A DNA stretch of 64,000 bases from positions 1 through 64,000 of IMG/VR virus record IMGVR_UViG_3300043009_000039; one strand, written 5' to 3'. This DNA is from a virus (lineage: Duplodnaviria > Caudoviricetes). Position 1 is the first letter of the stretch. Each line of letters starts with the position of its first letter. The notes beneath the pieces are model-generated. The model did no database searches and had not been told where the DNA came from. It was given only the letters and a program-made list of their open reading frames with translations. The position numbers and the translations under genes were made by a program. Below are positions 20,016 through 30,345 of this stretch, piece by piece.

Positions 20016-20269
20016 TGGTTGAGTCGACTACGTGCATCGGCGATATGGCCGACTTTTTAAAGGCCTTTCCGCAGTTCACGGTCGATTATTATCTATGGGG
20101 CTTGTCACTTCCGATGATAAAGATTATGGGTATTGACGCCTCGCATACCTTGTATCTCTCCGAAAAGCAAGCGAAAGAGTACAGAACGTGGAAGTCGGCC
20201 CGTAACGCCAAATTGTACGACGACCCCGAAAAGTTTATGAATGATTTAGGATTGCCAATTTTTAAATAA
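19566..20269 (+). CDS. Tail assembly chaperone GT-like extension via -1 frameshift at T TTT TTT (19946-19952)
   Basis: The -1 frame is open from the T-run to 20269 (FFDLQSNRFVPK...LGLPIFK); conserved G/GT arrangement of long-tailed phages. Confidence 0.65.
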
Positions 20270-20277
20270 TTACAAAT

Positions 20278-23200
20278 ATGCCTGATAACTATGGTATAGG
20301 CGTGCAACTTGAGTTTGATATTGCCGCCGTGGAAGCGAAAGTCAAGGAGTTTGACAAGATTATCGACGGTATGCGTACCCGAACCGAGGAACAGACAAAA
20401 CTCATGGATGCGGCTTTCAGAAATATGGCCCAAAGCGGAAGCGGACTTGATGCGCTCATTAATAAAGTCAAGGAGGCTAAGGCGGCAATCGAGGACTTGG
20501 CCACCGAAAAGACAGTCACCATTACCGCCAATCTCTCGGGTATGGGGACTACGGCGCAAGCTACCGCCATGTCTTTGTCCGACGTGATTCAAGCGATGTC
20601 GCAACTCCGCACGAAGGACGTAGACCTGCTTAAATTCGACGTAAGCGCCGCGAGTGCCGAGGACTTGAGAAAACGTCTTGTCGAGATTGAAAAGACCATT
20701 GAAGAGCTTAAAAAGAAGCGTAAGGATGAAAACGGAACGGTTGTTTCAGACCAAGCATTAACGAATCAGATTCGAGCCTTGGAAGAATACGCCCGTGTCC
20801 TTAGAATGTCCGATGCGGAAAAGAACAAGCTCCTCTTGGATAAGGGCGCGGTCGTACAGCGTCGGGAAGAGAACAAGCTCCTGACCGAGCAGAACCGCCT
20901 CCTTAACGAGCGTGCCAAGCTGTCGAAGCAGATTAACAATCTCTTTGTTTTAAGCGAAAAGAACAGCATTCTCGACATAGAGCCTCTGACCAAAGAGCAA
21001 ACCAATCTGTATGCCGCGCTTCAAAACAGAATGAACCAAGTTAATGCCGCGTTGACTCAGCTTGCAGAGAAGTCGCAGAATGTTTCCACCGCCACAAAAG
21101 ATATGTTCGACACGCGAAACAGTCAGGACTATATTACGAAGGTGAAGCAAATCGCTGACTATCATGACAAGCTTAATAAAGAGCGAATCAAGGCGGAAGA
21201 GATTGTCAAGGCGCAGAACAAGAGTGCCCTGCAACCTACATCGGAAGAGTTATCGGTTCAACGACAACTCACGTCGCTTTATGCCGAAAAGCTTCGTTAC
21301 GAGAAAGAGCTGAAGAACATTCAGATGGATACCAAGATTCAAGGCTCGGCTACGGAGGCGCAGAAACAGTACATTCAATACCTGCTCACGAATATCGCGA
21401 GATTAAGGGCGGAGATTGATAATGTCGGCAACGGGTACAAGACTATCAGAACGGGCGTGGAAGAGGCGTACAAGCAGGACAGAAGCGACTTTATGGCAAA
21501 GAAGAATTATGAACTTGCCGAATCGCTCCGTCGGGTCGAAGAGGCTCGTAAAGCCGCGGAAGCAAAAGCCGCCGCCACAAAGCAAAACGTTTTCACTACA
21601 TACCTGCAGGACACCTCCGCTCTTCAAACCAAGCTTAACGAAATCAATCAGGACATCGACCGACTGAAAACGTCGGGAGCCGCAAATATCGAAGCGCTTA
21701 GAGCCAAGATGCAGGAAGCAACGAGTGCCGCGCAGGAGTTTGCCAGCGTGTTCGAGGTGGGCGGTCTTAAAAATGAAGCGTCGGGCCTGAAAACATCCAT
21801 CGCAAACTACGAGAATATGCGCACGGCTGGAACTGCATCCTACGCAGACCTTCAGACGCTCGACGATATGAAGAAGCGCTATGCGGATATAATGGCTGTC
21901 ATTGCCGAGTTTGACAGACTCCAAAACGAAGCCACCAATGCAACGAACAAATTCAACAGTGCCGTATCGAGTCAAAGAGGGAGCCTTGACTTTTTGCAGT
22001 ATTCAGCACAGCAGGTTGTCGAACAGATTCAGGGCATTGAGAAAGTAAACGCCTCCCTTAATGCTGAAATGGCAAAGGGAACGACGATTAAGGGCCTTGT
22101 TAACGAGTACAAGAACTTGGTGAACGAGGCTACGCGCATGAAACAGCTTATCGAAAGTGCGAGAAGTATCGGCATGGATACTTCCAATAACGCGGCATAC
22201 GATGCTGTTGTGGCTCAATACGGTCAGATTTACGGCAGAATAAGGCAGATAGAAGCGATGAACGTTGACGCAATCAATGAATATCGCGCACAGAAAGAGG
22301 CGGAAGCCAATCAGAAGTCTGTCGCAGATTATATCGTCGCCGTTCAGGAAAAGAGCAAAGCCGAAAGCGCCGCCCGAGAAGAAAACTACAAGAAGTACGT
22401 CACCTCCTACGAAGGGGTTATGCGTGCGGCACAGAAGCTTGAATCGGGCCGTACATCGGGCGACTACGCCAATACGTATGAGAATCGGGAGAGAGTTATC
22501 AAACAGCTGACAACGGCATTGTCGCAACTGTCCGACACAGAGGGGCGGAACAAGACAAAAGCCGAGTCGCTTAGAACGACCATCCAAAAACTCACGGAGG
22601 CGCAGAATCAATACAAGGCTGCATTAAAGGGCGTTCAAGCCGCACAAGGAAAGCAGGAAGTCACCGTTGATACTGCAATACGAGCTTACAGCATCGCAAA
22701 GCAGACGGGCGCTCTGAAAGATTTGAAAATCGCTTACGACCAACTTAAAACCGCCATGTCGGGCCTGAAATACGGTTCCGAGGACTGGTTTCGGTTGAAT
22801 GGTATGCTCTCCACGACGAAGGGAAAGATAGACCAAATCAAAACTGCGATGGGCGAGGTTGGTTCCAAATCAAAGAGCACTACAAATACATTGGAACAGC
22901 TTAAACGCGGACTCCTCGCGGCATTTTCCATTTCAGCCATCAGAGGGTATATCAACAAGATGGTGGAAGTTCGCGCTCAGTTTGAGCTGCAGAACGTCGC
23001 ATTGCGTGCCATCTTGCAGAATAAGGACGAGGCGGACAGAATCTTCCTTCAGGTGCAGAATATGGCCTTGCAATCACCGTTTACGATTATGCAGTTGACC
23101 ACTTACACCAAGCAGTTGGCGGCATACCGTATCGAAGCAAGCAAACTCGTTCAAACGACTAAGATGCTCGCCGACGTATCCGCCGGGCTTGGCGTGGATA

Positions 23201-26200
23201 TGCAGCGACTCATCTTGGCTTACGGTCAGGTGAAGTCGGCCAACTACCTTAGAGCAACGGAAGTAAGACAGTTTACCGAAGCTGGCTTGAACATCGCGGG
23301 CGAATTGGCGACATACTTCTCCGAGCTTAAAGGGCGCGTAATTTCCGTCGGTGACGTAATGGATATGATTACAAAGCGCATGGTGAAGTTCGAGGACGTG
23401 GAAGAAGTATTCCGTCGCGTAACGAGCGAGGGCGGTATCTTCTTCGATATGCAGAAGAAACAGTCCGAAACGCTTTACGGTCAGGTACAGCGTATCAAGG
23501 ATGCTTATAACATCATGCTCAACGACATCGGCAAGGATAATCAGTCGTTTGTTTCTCAGGCATTGCAACTCATCCGCATGCTCATTAATCATTGGCAACC
23601 TCTTGCGTCCGACCTGAAAGCGTTTCTCTATACTTTCGGGATAGGCAAACTGTTGAATATGTGGAGATTGCAAATTTTAGCAATAGGCGGAAGCCTAAAA
23701 AAACTTGGTCTTTTTTTAGCCGAAGCAACAAAAAAAACGTCTAAATTCGCAAACTCTCTTGCAAATATGAGCAATGTCATGCAGGTGGGCATCGGCCTCG
23801 GTATTACGTCCTTTATTGCAGGACTCTCCGTTTTGATTCACCTCTTGAACGTGGCAAACGACAAGGCAACAAAAGTAATGCAGGTTATGGCAAGCGCTGA
23901 CGCCGATGTTGAAGGCGACGCAAACAACGGTATCAACACATACGAACGTCTTGCCGCTACCATTGCGAGTGTTACGACTTCTTTTGAAGAGCGCACCAAG
24001 GCTATGGAGGAAATGAAGCGAACCTTCAACGACATTCTTCCTTCATATATGCTTGAACGCGAATGGGTGTCCGACCTGAAAGAGAACCTCCCAAAGGCTA
24101 CCGCGGCTTTGAGAGAATACTACGACGAGCGACGCAAGCAGAGAGAGCTGGAAGCGCTTCAGAGTGCTAAAACCAAGACCATCGACGAGTTGTTCACCAA
24201 AAACGGAATGAAGAACTTTGACGCCATCAAGGATATTTGGCCGCGTGCAACTCTTGATAAAGCCAAGGAAATCTATACGGAAACAATTAGCGAAGGGGTA
24301 AAGCAAGGCTATAAAGAGGGTTCGGATTTTGCCGAGCTGTTTGTCAACAAGATGAACGAGTATTACACCTCGGGCATCTACTCTTTGCTTGGCGGCACGA
24401 AGAAGCAGTTGAAGGACATCAAGGCGGTTACAGACGATATATTCGATACCAACTGGTGGGGTGACGACTTCAAGAGCGTCATGAACTACACCGAAGCTAT
24501 CAAGAAATTGGAAGAAGAAACGGGTCTTTCTCTTAAAACAAACACCGAGCACGAGCGGCAGACATTGTTGGTGCTTGAAAAGCAGAAAAAAGAGAGAGAA
24601 GAAACGCTTAACACGGTAGAAAATCTCTTCGATAAACTTTCAAAGCTTCAAAAGTCAGGCAAGCTGTCCGCAGACGGAGCGTTCACGAAGGAGGGCGAAG
24701 AGGGCTTCCAACAGCTTAATGACCTTTTGACCCAAATGGGAGCCAAGCCTATTTCCAACTTGGAAGAGCTTAACACCCTTCTCGGTTCCAACTTCAGGTT
24801 GCAGGAACGAATAAGAAACATCAAGTCAGACTATTGGATTCAGTGGGCGGACGATATAAAGAAGATGACGAACGCCGCAGACCCCGCCAATGCTCTCGTA
24901 GAAAAGTTCTCCCAAAATATCAAGGGCGTAGGTGAAGCCGCGAAAGGCACAAGCATCCAACGTGACATTTGGGCGGTAATGCAGAAAATATCCGAAGGTT
25001 CTCAGCTCGGCATCGACTCGTTCGTGAACTTTGAAGTTACCGCGCAGGACTCATTCGGTACTGCCGCTGAATCCGCTAAAAAGGCTGGCGAAGCTTTCGA
25101 ACAGCAAGCAAAGCAATACAAGCAGATTTCAGAGTCTATGGTTTGGGCAGACCCCGAAGCGCAAGCGCAGCTCATTACGGGCTTGACGAAAGAACAGTTC
25201 GAACAAGCTCCCGTAATTATCGAGTTTTTCAAAACGCTCGCCAAAGCGCTGGGTGCCTTGGATAAAAATTCGGGTAAGGGTAAAGATACTGTTTCCGAGC
25301 TGTGGAAGAATCGTCTTAAAGCTCTTCAGGACTACTACAAGAAGTACGAGGAAACGAACAAGCTTTACAGCGACACGGAATCATTGGAGAAATCCAAGGA
25401 AGCTTTCAGAAAATACTTTGAAGAGCTTGGTCTTGATATTGACGAGATTTCTAAGCTTGGTATGGGCAAAGAGGGTGCCGTGCTTAATCTTGAAAAGATG
25501 ATAGAAGAAGTGCGGAAGATACGTCCTGAACTTGTCGATGAATTTGAAAAGGTTGCCGCCGACTTTCGCGTTGAGATTGGCGTGAAGCTTCAAGAGGACG
25601 CTCTCGAAAAGGTGAAGAAAGAGATGGATGAGTTGCTTGATAACGTAGAGCTTACCAAGGAGCTTAAAAATCAGAATCTTCCTATCGACCTTATCTATAT
25701 GGTCGGAGGTAAGCCGATTGACCTTGACGGAGCGAAAGAGAACATCGAGAGCTTCTATAAAGACCTCCTTGTGGTACAGAAGAAGTACGGTGAAGAGGGC
25801 GTCAAGGCTTACAACGACATCGAGAAGAAGATTAAGGAAACCGAGCTTAAGGAGCTGAAAGACCGAATCAAGAGCTACACGAAGTACCTTTCTCACGCCT
25901 ACACGGAGCGAGTCAAGTATCAGCTTGACGCATACGCCGAAATGAAGCAGATGCAGGACGACCTTCGTAAGTCTATCAAAGACGCATGGGCGAAGATTGA
26001 TACGGGCGAGGTAAAGGGCGACGATGCCGAAAAACTCAAACAACGCATCAGCACTTGGGAGAGTATTCTCAAACAAGGCGTCGCTGGAATCAAGAAAGAG
26101 ATTGTCGACAAGATGGCTGAGTTTGACTTCAAGCAAATTATGGAGTCACCTTTGTTCTCCGAGATATTCCAAGACCTTGGCAATCTGACTTCGGGTGTTC

Positions 26201-27867
26201 TCGATACGATGTTGGAAAAGATTAAGGATATTCGTAATAATACCCAAAATCTTTCGCTCACGCAAATCAAACAGCTCGCCCAATACGAAGAGAAGATACG
26301 CAATGCAAAGTTCGATTCTGACGCATTTAAAGCCCCTATCGAGGCGATTAAGGAGGCGTATAAACTTCGCACAGAGGGCATCACCGCGACAACGGCAAGC
26401 GAGGACTTGGCGTCGAGTGAACAGCAACTTGCCAACCTTGAAAAAGAATTGGAGGACTTGCAACTTATTCAGGGATTGAAGCAGGGAGCGTTAAACATCG
26501 ACCAAAAGAATTTGAATCTTTCCGAGCGGCAGAAGAAGTACATGGAAATGACTCCCGATGCCATTAACATGGAGATAGCCGCAAGAACAAAAAATATCGA
26601 GACTACGAAGAGTCAGGTTTCAACGAATCAGCAGTATGTGCAGACGTTCAGTAACGCAAGGCTCGCCACCGAGAAACTTCAAACTCAGTTGCAGGAAGTC
26701 GGGAAGATAGGGAGCGGTGCTATCGACGTGATTACATCCGGACTTCAGCTGTTCGGCGAAGATATAAGCGAGTCGGATGCGGCATGGTTCGATTTTGCGA
26801 AGAATATGATAGACCAATGCGTTCAGCTCGGCATCATGTTCGTTGCGCTCGGCATTGAAATCAACTCCGCGTTGGGTATTATCGGTCTTATCGCCGAAGC
26901 GCTCACCTTGGTTGCGGGTCTGTTCAGCACCATCCTTAAAGCTCACGATGCGGGCGTTGAGAAGCAGATTGAGAAAGTCAAGGATAAGGTTGAAGAGCTG
27001 CAAAAAGCCTACGAGAAGCTTGAAAAAGCCATCGAGAACGCCTATTCGACCGAAGCTTATGAAACGGACTATACCAAGGCGCAGAACAACATTGAGAAGC
27101 AGATTGCGGCGTACAAGGAGATGATAAATCTCGAGTACAGCAAGAAGCAAACCGACAAGGATAAAATCAAGGAGTATCAGGATGCCATTGATGACTTGGA
27201 GGAACAGCTTGAAGATTTGAGAATAGCCCGCATTCAGGCTATGGGCGGTTTCGGGTCAGGCTCCGATTATCAGCAAGCCGCGGAGGATTTTGTTTCTGCA
27301 TGGTTGGACGCTTTCAAGGAAACGGGCGAAGGTCTTGACGCCTTGGACGACAAGTGGCAGGAGTTTGTAGAAAATCTGTTCGTGAAGCAAGCGGCCTACA
27401 AGAAAGCCGGCAAGCTCTACGAAGGGATATTCTCGATGATTGACGATGCCTTGGATAAGGGTATCTCGGGTGCGGGTCTTGAAGAAACTTTAAAGGCGGC
27501 GCAAGCACAAGTGGATTCGGCAAATGAACAGCTTGACGAGTACCTGAAAGCCTTGGCGCAGGTATTCAACATCTCGCCTGATTCGGAGTCTACGCTGTCC
27601 GATTTACAGAAGGGCATTCAGAACATCACCGAGGCTCAGGCGGCGGCGTTGGAGGCATATGTGAACAGTATCCGCTTCTACGTTGCCGAGCAGAACACGA
27701 TTCTGCGGGATTTGTCCGCTGCGATTAGAGAGCAGTATTCTTCCTCCGACAACCCCGTACTCTCGGTAATCAAGGAGATTCGGGATGCCGTGAACAATCT
27801 CTCGCAACGGTTCTTCTCGGTAACGGAAGTCAAGTCGGGACGAGGGTATATCTTAAAGGTCGGTTGA
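20278..27867 (+). CDS. Tape measure protein, 2529 aa
   Basis: Very long helical A/E/K/Q-rich ORF after the chaperones; tape-measure core AQFELQNVALRAIL...ALQSPFT. Confidence 0.92.
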   Translation: MPDNYGIGVQLEFDIAAVEAKVKEFDKIIDGMRTRTEEQTKLMDAAFRNMAQSGSGLDALINKVKEAKAAIEDLATEKTVTITANLSGMGTTAQATAMSLSDVIQAMSQLRTKDVDLLKFDVSAASAEDLRKRLVEIEKTIEELKKKRKDENGTVVSDQALTNQIRALEEYARVLRMSDAEKNKLLLDKGAVVQRREENKLLTEQNRLLNERAKLSKQINNLFVLSEKNSILDIEPLTKEQTNLYAALQNRMNQVNAALTQLAEKSQNVSTATKDMFDTRNSQDYITKVKQIADYHDKLNKERIKAEEIVKAQNKSALQPTSEELSVQRQLTSLYAEKLRYEKELKNIQMDTKIQGSATEAQKQYIQYLLTNIARLRAEIDNVGNGYKTIRTGVEEAYKQDRSDFMAKKNYELAESLRRVEEARKAAEAKAAATKQNVFTTYLQDTSALQTKLNEINQDIDRLKTSGAANIEALRAKMQEATSAAQEFASVFEVGGLKNEASGLKTSIANYENMRTAGTASYADLQTLDDMKKRYADIMAVIAEFDRLQNEATNATNKFNSAVSSQRGSLDFLQYSAQQVVEQIQGIEKVNASLNAEMAKGTTIKGLVNEYKNLVNEATRMKQLIESARSIGMDTSNNAAYDAVVAQYGQIYGRIRQIEAMNVDAINEYRAQKEAEANQKSVADYIVAVQEKSKAESAAREENYKKYVTSYEGVMRAAQKLESGRTSGDYANTYENRERVIKQLTTALSQLSDTEGRNKTKAESLRTTIQKLTEAQNQYKAALKGVQAAQGKQEVTVDTAIRAYSIAKQTGALKDLKIAYDQLKTAMSGLKYGSEDWFRLNGMLSTTKGKIDQIKTAMGEVGSKSKSTTNTLEQLKRGLLAAFSISAIRGYINKMVEVRAQFELQNVALRAILQNKDEADRIFLQVQNMALQSPFTIMQLTTYTKQLAAYRIEASKLVQTTKMLADVSAGLGVDMQRLILAYGQVKSANYLRATEVRQFTEAGLNIAGELATYFSELKGRVISVGDVMDMITKRMVKFEDVEEVFRRVTSEGGIFFDMQKKQSETLYGQVQRIKDAYNIMLNDIGKDNQSFVSQALQLIRMLINHWQPLASDLKAFLYTFGIGKLLNMWRLQILAIGGSLKKLGLFLAEATKKTSKFANSLANMSNVMQVGIGLGITSFIAGLSVLIHLLNVANDKATKVMQVMASADADVEGDANNGINTYERLAATIASVTTSFEERTKAMEEMKRTFNDILPSYMLEREWVSDLKENLPKATAALREYYDERRKQRELEALQSAKTKTIDELFTKNGMKNFDAIKDIWPRATLDKAKEIYTETISEGVKQGYKEGSDFAELFVNKMNEYYTSGIYSLLGGTKKQLKDIKAVTDDIFDTNWWGDDFKSVMNYTEAIKKLEEETGLSLKTNTEHERQTLLVLEKQKKEREETLNTVENLFDKLSKLQKSGKLSADGAFTKEGEEGFQQLNDLLTQMGAKPISNLEELNTLLGSNFRLQERIRNIKSDYWIQWADDIKKMTNAADPANALVEKFSQNIKGVGEAAKGTSIQRDIWAVMQKISEGSQLGIDSFVNFEVTAQDSFGTAAESAKKAGEAFEQQAKQYKQISESMVWADPEAQAQLITGLTKEQFEQAPVIIEFFKTLAKALGALDKNSGKGKDTVSELWKNRLKALQDYYKKYEETNKLYSDTESLEKSKEAFRKYFEELGLDIDEISKLGMGKEGAVLNLEKMIEEVRKIRPELVDEFEKVAADFRVEIGVKLQEDALEKVKKEMDELLDNVELTKELKNQNLPIDLIYMVGGKPIDLDGAKENIESFYKDLLVVQKKYGEEGVKAYNDIEKKIKETELKELKDRIKSYTKYLSHAYTERVKYQLDAYAEMKQMQDDLRKSIKDAWAKIDTGEVKGDDAEKLKQRISTWESILKQGVAGIKKEIVDKMAEFDFKQIMESPLFSEIFQDLGNLTSGVLDTMLEKIKDIRNNTQNLSLTQIKQLAQYEEKIRNAKFDSDAFKAPIEAIKEAYKLRTEGITATTASEDLASSEQQLANLEKELEDLQLIQGLKQGALNIDQKNLNLSERQKKYMEMTPDAINMEIAARTKNIETTKSQVSTNQQYVQTFSNARLATEKLQTQLQEVGKIGSGAIDVITSGLQLFGEDISESDAAWFDFAKNMIDQCVQLGIMFVALGIEINSALGIIGLIAEALTLVAGLFSTILKAHDAGVEKQIEKVKDKVEELQKAYEKLEKAIENAYSTEAYETDYTKAQNNIEKQIAAYKEMINLEYSKKQTDKDKIKEYQDAIDDLEEQLEDLRIARIQAMGGFGSGSDYQQAAEDFVSAWLDAFKETGEGLDALDDKWQEFVENLFVKQAAYKKAGKLYEGIFSMIDDALDKGISGAGLEETLKAAQAQVDSANEQLDEYLKALAQVFNISPDSESTLSDLQKGIQNITEAQAAALEAYVNSIRFYVAEQNTILRDLSAAIREQYSSSDNPVLSVIKEIRDAVNNLSQRFFSVTEVKSGRGYILKVG

Positions 27868-27890
27868 TTCTTTCTTTTCCATAACGATAG

Positions 27891-27922
27891 AGGCGGTGGT
27901 TCAGTCCATCGCCTTTATTTTT
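27891..27922. terminator. Terminator at the convergence of the TMP gene and the leftward operon
   Basis: AGGCGGTGG-TTCAGT-CCATCGCCT followed by TTATTTTT. Confidence 0.7.
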
Positions 27923-28188
27923 TCCACAATGCCGTCGTACAAGGCCCTGACGCGCTTGTCGTAGGTCATTTGGTTCTTGATAGTGGTAATGCCTCGGATG
28001 ATGTTTCGCTGTGTTCTGTCGAACTTTTTTGCTATTGCATTGTTACTTAATCCAACCTCGTAGTGCAGGTAGGAGTAAATCATGTAACGTGTGAGCCACA
28101 AATCGCCTTTTTGCTCGTAGCTCATTACTCTTCTCGGGTCTACGCCCATCTCGTCACAGAAAAAGAATACTACTTCGGATACTGTCAT
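27901..28188 (-). CDS. Stand-alone DnaA C-terminal-like HTH DNA-binding protein
   Basis: 95 aa; RYMIYSYLHYEVGLSNNAIAKKFDRTQRNIIRGITTI resembles the DnaA domain IV HTH. Confidence 0.6.
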   Translation of the reverse strand: MTVSEVVFFFCDEMGVDPRRVMSYEQKGDLWLTRYMIYSYLHYEVGLSNNAIAKKFDRTQRNIIRGITTIKNQMTYDKRVRALYDGIVEKIKAMD

Positions 28189-28217
28189 GGGTTTATGGAA
28201 TGTAAGGGTTTATGATA

Positions 28218-28247
28218 CAAAGGTATCAAAGGTTTATCACACTGTCA
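28218..28247 (-). promoter_or_regulatory. Promoter of the HTH gene (TACCTTTG -7 box) with an adjacent TATCACACTGTCA box
   Basis: -7 box at 28218-28225 on the minus strand; box at 28235-28247. Confidence 0.5.
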
Positions 28248-28249
28248 AG

Positions 28250-28277
28250 AAAAAAGCGGACTTTCACAAGCCCGCCT
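28250..28277 (-). terminator. Intrinsic terminator of the leftward operon
   Basis: Minus strand GGCGGGC-TTGTGAAA-GTCCGCTTTTTT. Confidence 0.7.
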
Positions 28278-28378
28278 AATACATCAGAACAAAAATCTTA
28301 ATTATTAACACATTAAACACAAAAATACTAATGAAAACACACAAATTTGAAAAGCTTCTAATATTCTCGCATATAGTA

Positions 28379-28984
28379 TCAAAGGTCAGCTGTAATTACA
28401 TCACCCGCTTTTCTGAGGTTGTCAAATTCCGCATTCTTTTTGTGGTCATCTTCTGTCTCTTCGAACTTGGTAGCTTCTTCCAAGATTCTTTGGCCTTCCT
28501 CGTTGGCGACCTCGATGCAGTTGTTGGCAATTTTGAAGAGCGCCAAGTCGCTTATACTTGCAAAGATAGGCGTTTGCATAATAACGGAGATGGCAGTTAA
28601 GAACTGACTTGCGGTGTCCTTTTCCTCTTCCGAAAGCGAATCGTATTGTTCGAGAATTTGGCAGTAGTTGTTTATCATTGCATAAACGCCGCCGCTCCCG
28701 ATGCCCGAATAAAACGCATAATCGAGGCTTTTTGTTTTCACGAGGAATCCTTTTTTCGTTTTTATAACATCCAACGACTCCCCCAGCTTATAGGTTTCAA
28801 TCACGTCCTTGGTCGGGACGATTAATTCAACCGATTCCACGTCGTTCTGCTTCTGTAAGGATGTAAGTTCGGAGAGCATCTTCTTGGCCCATTCCGCATC
28901 CTTCGAGTTGGCGACAATCTGACCTTTGAGGTCATTGATTTTCTGTGGAATTGTTTTTTGGCTTTCTGCCTCTTTTGTTGCCAT
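28379..28984 (-). CDS. Hypothetical protein, 201 aa
   Basis: Long ORF in the coupled operon. Confidence 0.7.
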   Translation of the reverse strand: MATKEAESQKTIPQKINDLKGQIVANSKDAEWAKKMLSELTSLQKQNDVESVELIVPTKDVIETYKLGESLDVIKTKKGFLVKTKSLDYAFYSGIGSGGVYAMINNYCQILEQYDSLSEEEKDTASQFLTAISVIMQTPIFASISDLALFKIANNCIEVANEEGQRILEEATKFEETEDDHKKNAEFDNLRKAGDVITADL

Positions 28985-29477
28985 TTATCTTAATCCTTTC
29001 GTTATAGTCGTTTAAAATCTTCTTGCATCTCTCATCCTCGGCTTCGTTTTCGCGCATACGCTGTTCCACCGCATCGTCGATATAGCCTTGAATAATGGCT
29101 TCGTCGCGTGCAATCTCTTCTGCCGTCTTGCCGTCGTGTTTCAACAGCTTGTACAATTTATTCGGGTCGTGACCGAACTTTGTGAGGTAGACGAGCTTTT
29201 CTTTCGGGTCGTTCGACGTGTACGCGACATTCGGGTCAATCTTCTCATACGGTCTGATTTCGATAATCTGCGAAATGCGTGAGATTGAGCCGAAGTCTTT
29301 CTTAATATGTACTTCACCTTTGTGACAATGCACAAGGCAGTAGTTCTTTGTGCCGTTCATCTTTGACACAAGGGCAATACCCTTGCGCCAATTTCGGTCT
29401 GTTTCAACGGGCGGCAGGGTACGAAGCCCCGCCGCTTCCAAACAGTATTGTAAGGTTTCTTCTTCAACCGTTAACAT
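28932..29477 (-). CDS. Hypothetical protein, 181 aa
   Basis: Long ORF overlapping its neighbours. Confidence 0.7.
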   Translation of the reverse strand: MLTVEEETLQYCLEAAGLRTLPPVETDRNWRKGIALVSKMNGTKNYCLVHCHKGEVHIKKDFGSISRISQIIEIRPYEKIDPNVAYTSNDPKEKLVYLTKFGHDPNKLYKLLKHDGKTAEEIARDEAIIQGYIDDAVEQRMRENEAEDERCKKILNDYNERIKINGNKRGRKPKNNSTENQ

Positions 29478-29842
29478 ACGCTGTGAATTAAGTCAAGAAT
29501 CTCTTCCCGAAGTTTTCCTTGGATTTTGAACTTGTTAAGTTCTTCGGCGTAGTGCCATGTGCCGCCCGATACGATGTAAATCTTGTGTCCGTCAGGGTCA
29601 ACGCTGATTGCGATAACCTTTTCATGCCGGAAAGTGTCGTCGACTTGGTCTATGCCAACATAGTCGCCGACCCGAATCACGTTGTCCGCCTTGTATGTAT
29701 CGTCCGCTTCCACGTCGAATCCGAGGAAGTCGCCCGGTTCGTTTTCTATTGATTGTGATTGTTTTGCCATATGTTCAACAAAAAAATTCACGAAATCGTT
29801 TAAGTCCTCGCTTTTGTTTTTCTTCTTTTTGTTCTTTCCCAT
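29471..29842 (-). CDS. Hypothetical protein, 123 aa
   Basis: ORF in operon. Confidence 0.6.
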   Translation of the reverse strand: MGKNKKKKNKSEDLNDFVNFFVEHMAKQSQSIENEPGDFLGFDVEADDTYKADNVIRVGDYVGIDQVDDTFRHEKVIAISVDPDGHKIYIVSGGTWHYAEELNKFKIQGKLREEILDLIHSVC

Positions 29843-29845
29843 AAA

Positions 29846-30337
29846 TCAGCTGATTTGAGATTCGGCAAACGATGTGCCGTAAATGTTCTTGAATGTGTAA
29901 GTAACCTCTCTGTATTGCTGCCCGCCGTAGAGCCTTTCAGCCACCATCTTGGGGGCGTCTATAAGAATAAGCTCGTAGAAGCGTTTTCTGAACGTATCCG
30001 AATACTCAATCATTCGTCCCTTGATGAAGTTGTAGAATGCGTTTTCGGCCTCAGATACGCTCTCGGCTATTGTGCCTGAAATTGAATCAGCCGTCCAAAG
30101 CAGCGTAAGAGCCGCGGTGGTTGATTCGTGCGCCAAGTCCTTCTGCTCGGGGATATACATAGCCGACTCCGTAGTTTCGGCGAAGTCCTCGATGTAGATG
30201 TTCTTGATTGCACCGCTCTCGGTAAGGCCCGTAAAGGAAACGTACTTGGCACCGAAGTCATGCTCCAAGTCATAAGCGTTGAGTGTCAGCCCATCCTCTT
30301 CGTTATTGTAGGGCCTTATGTAGAAATTATATTCCAT
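29846..30337 (-). CDS. Distal tail protein (Dit)-like
   Basis: DLEHDFGAKYVSFTGLTESGAIKNIYIEDFAE...YIP pattern resembles Bacteroidetes siphophage Dit proteins. Confidence 0.5.
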   Translation of the reverse strand: MEYNFYIRPYNNEEDGLTLNAYDLEHDFGAKYVSFTGLTESGAIKNIYIEDFAETTESAMYIPEQKDLAHESTTAALTLLWTADSISGTIAESVSEAENAFYNFIKGRMIEYSDTFRKRFYELILIDAPKMVAERLYGGQQYREVTYTFKNIYGTSFAESQIS

Positions 30338-30345
30338 ACTCGTCT

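Noticed and set aside
15526-26479. Long antisense/overlapping ORFs in the ORF track (e.g. 15526-16404, 17563-18198, 25381-26136)
   Set aside because: They are shadows of highly expressed genes with biased codon usage and have no start context or recognisable motifs.
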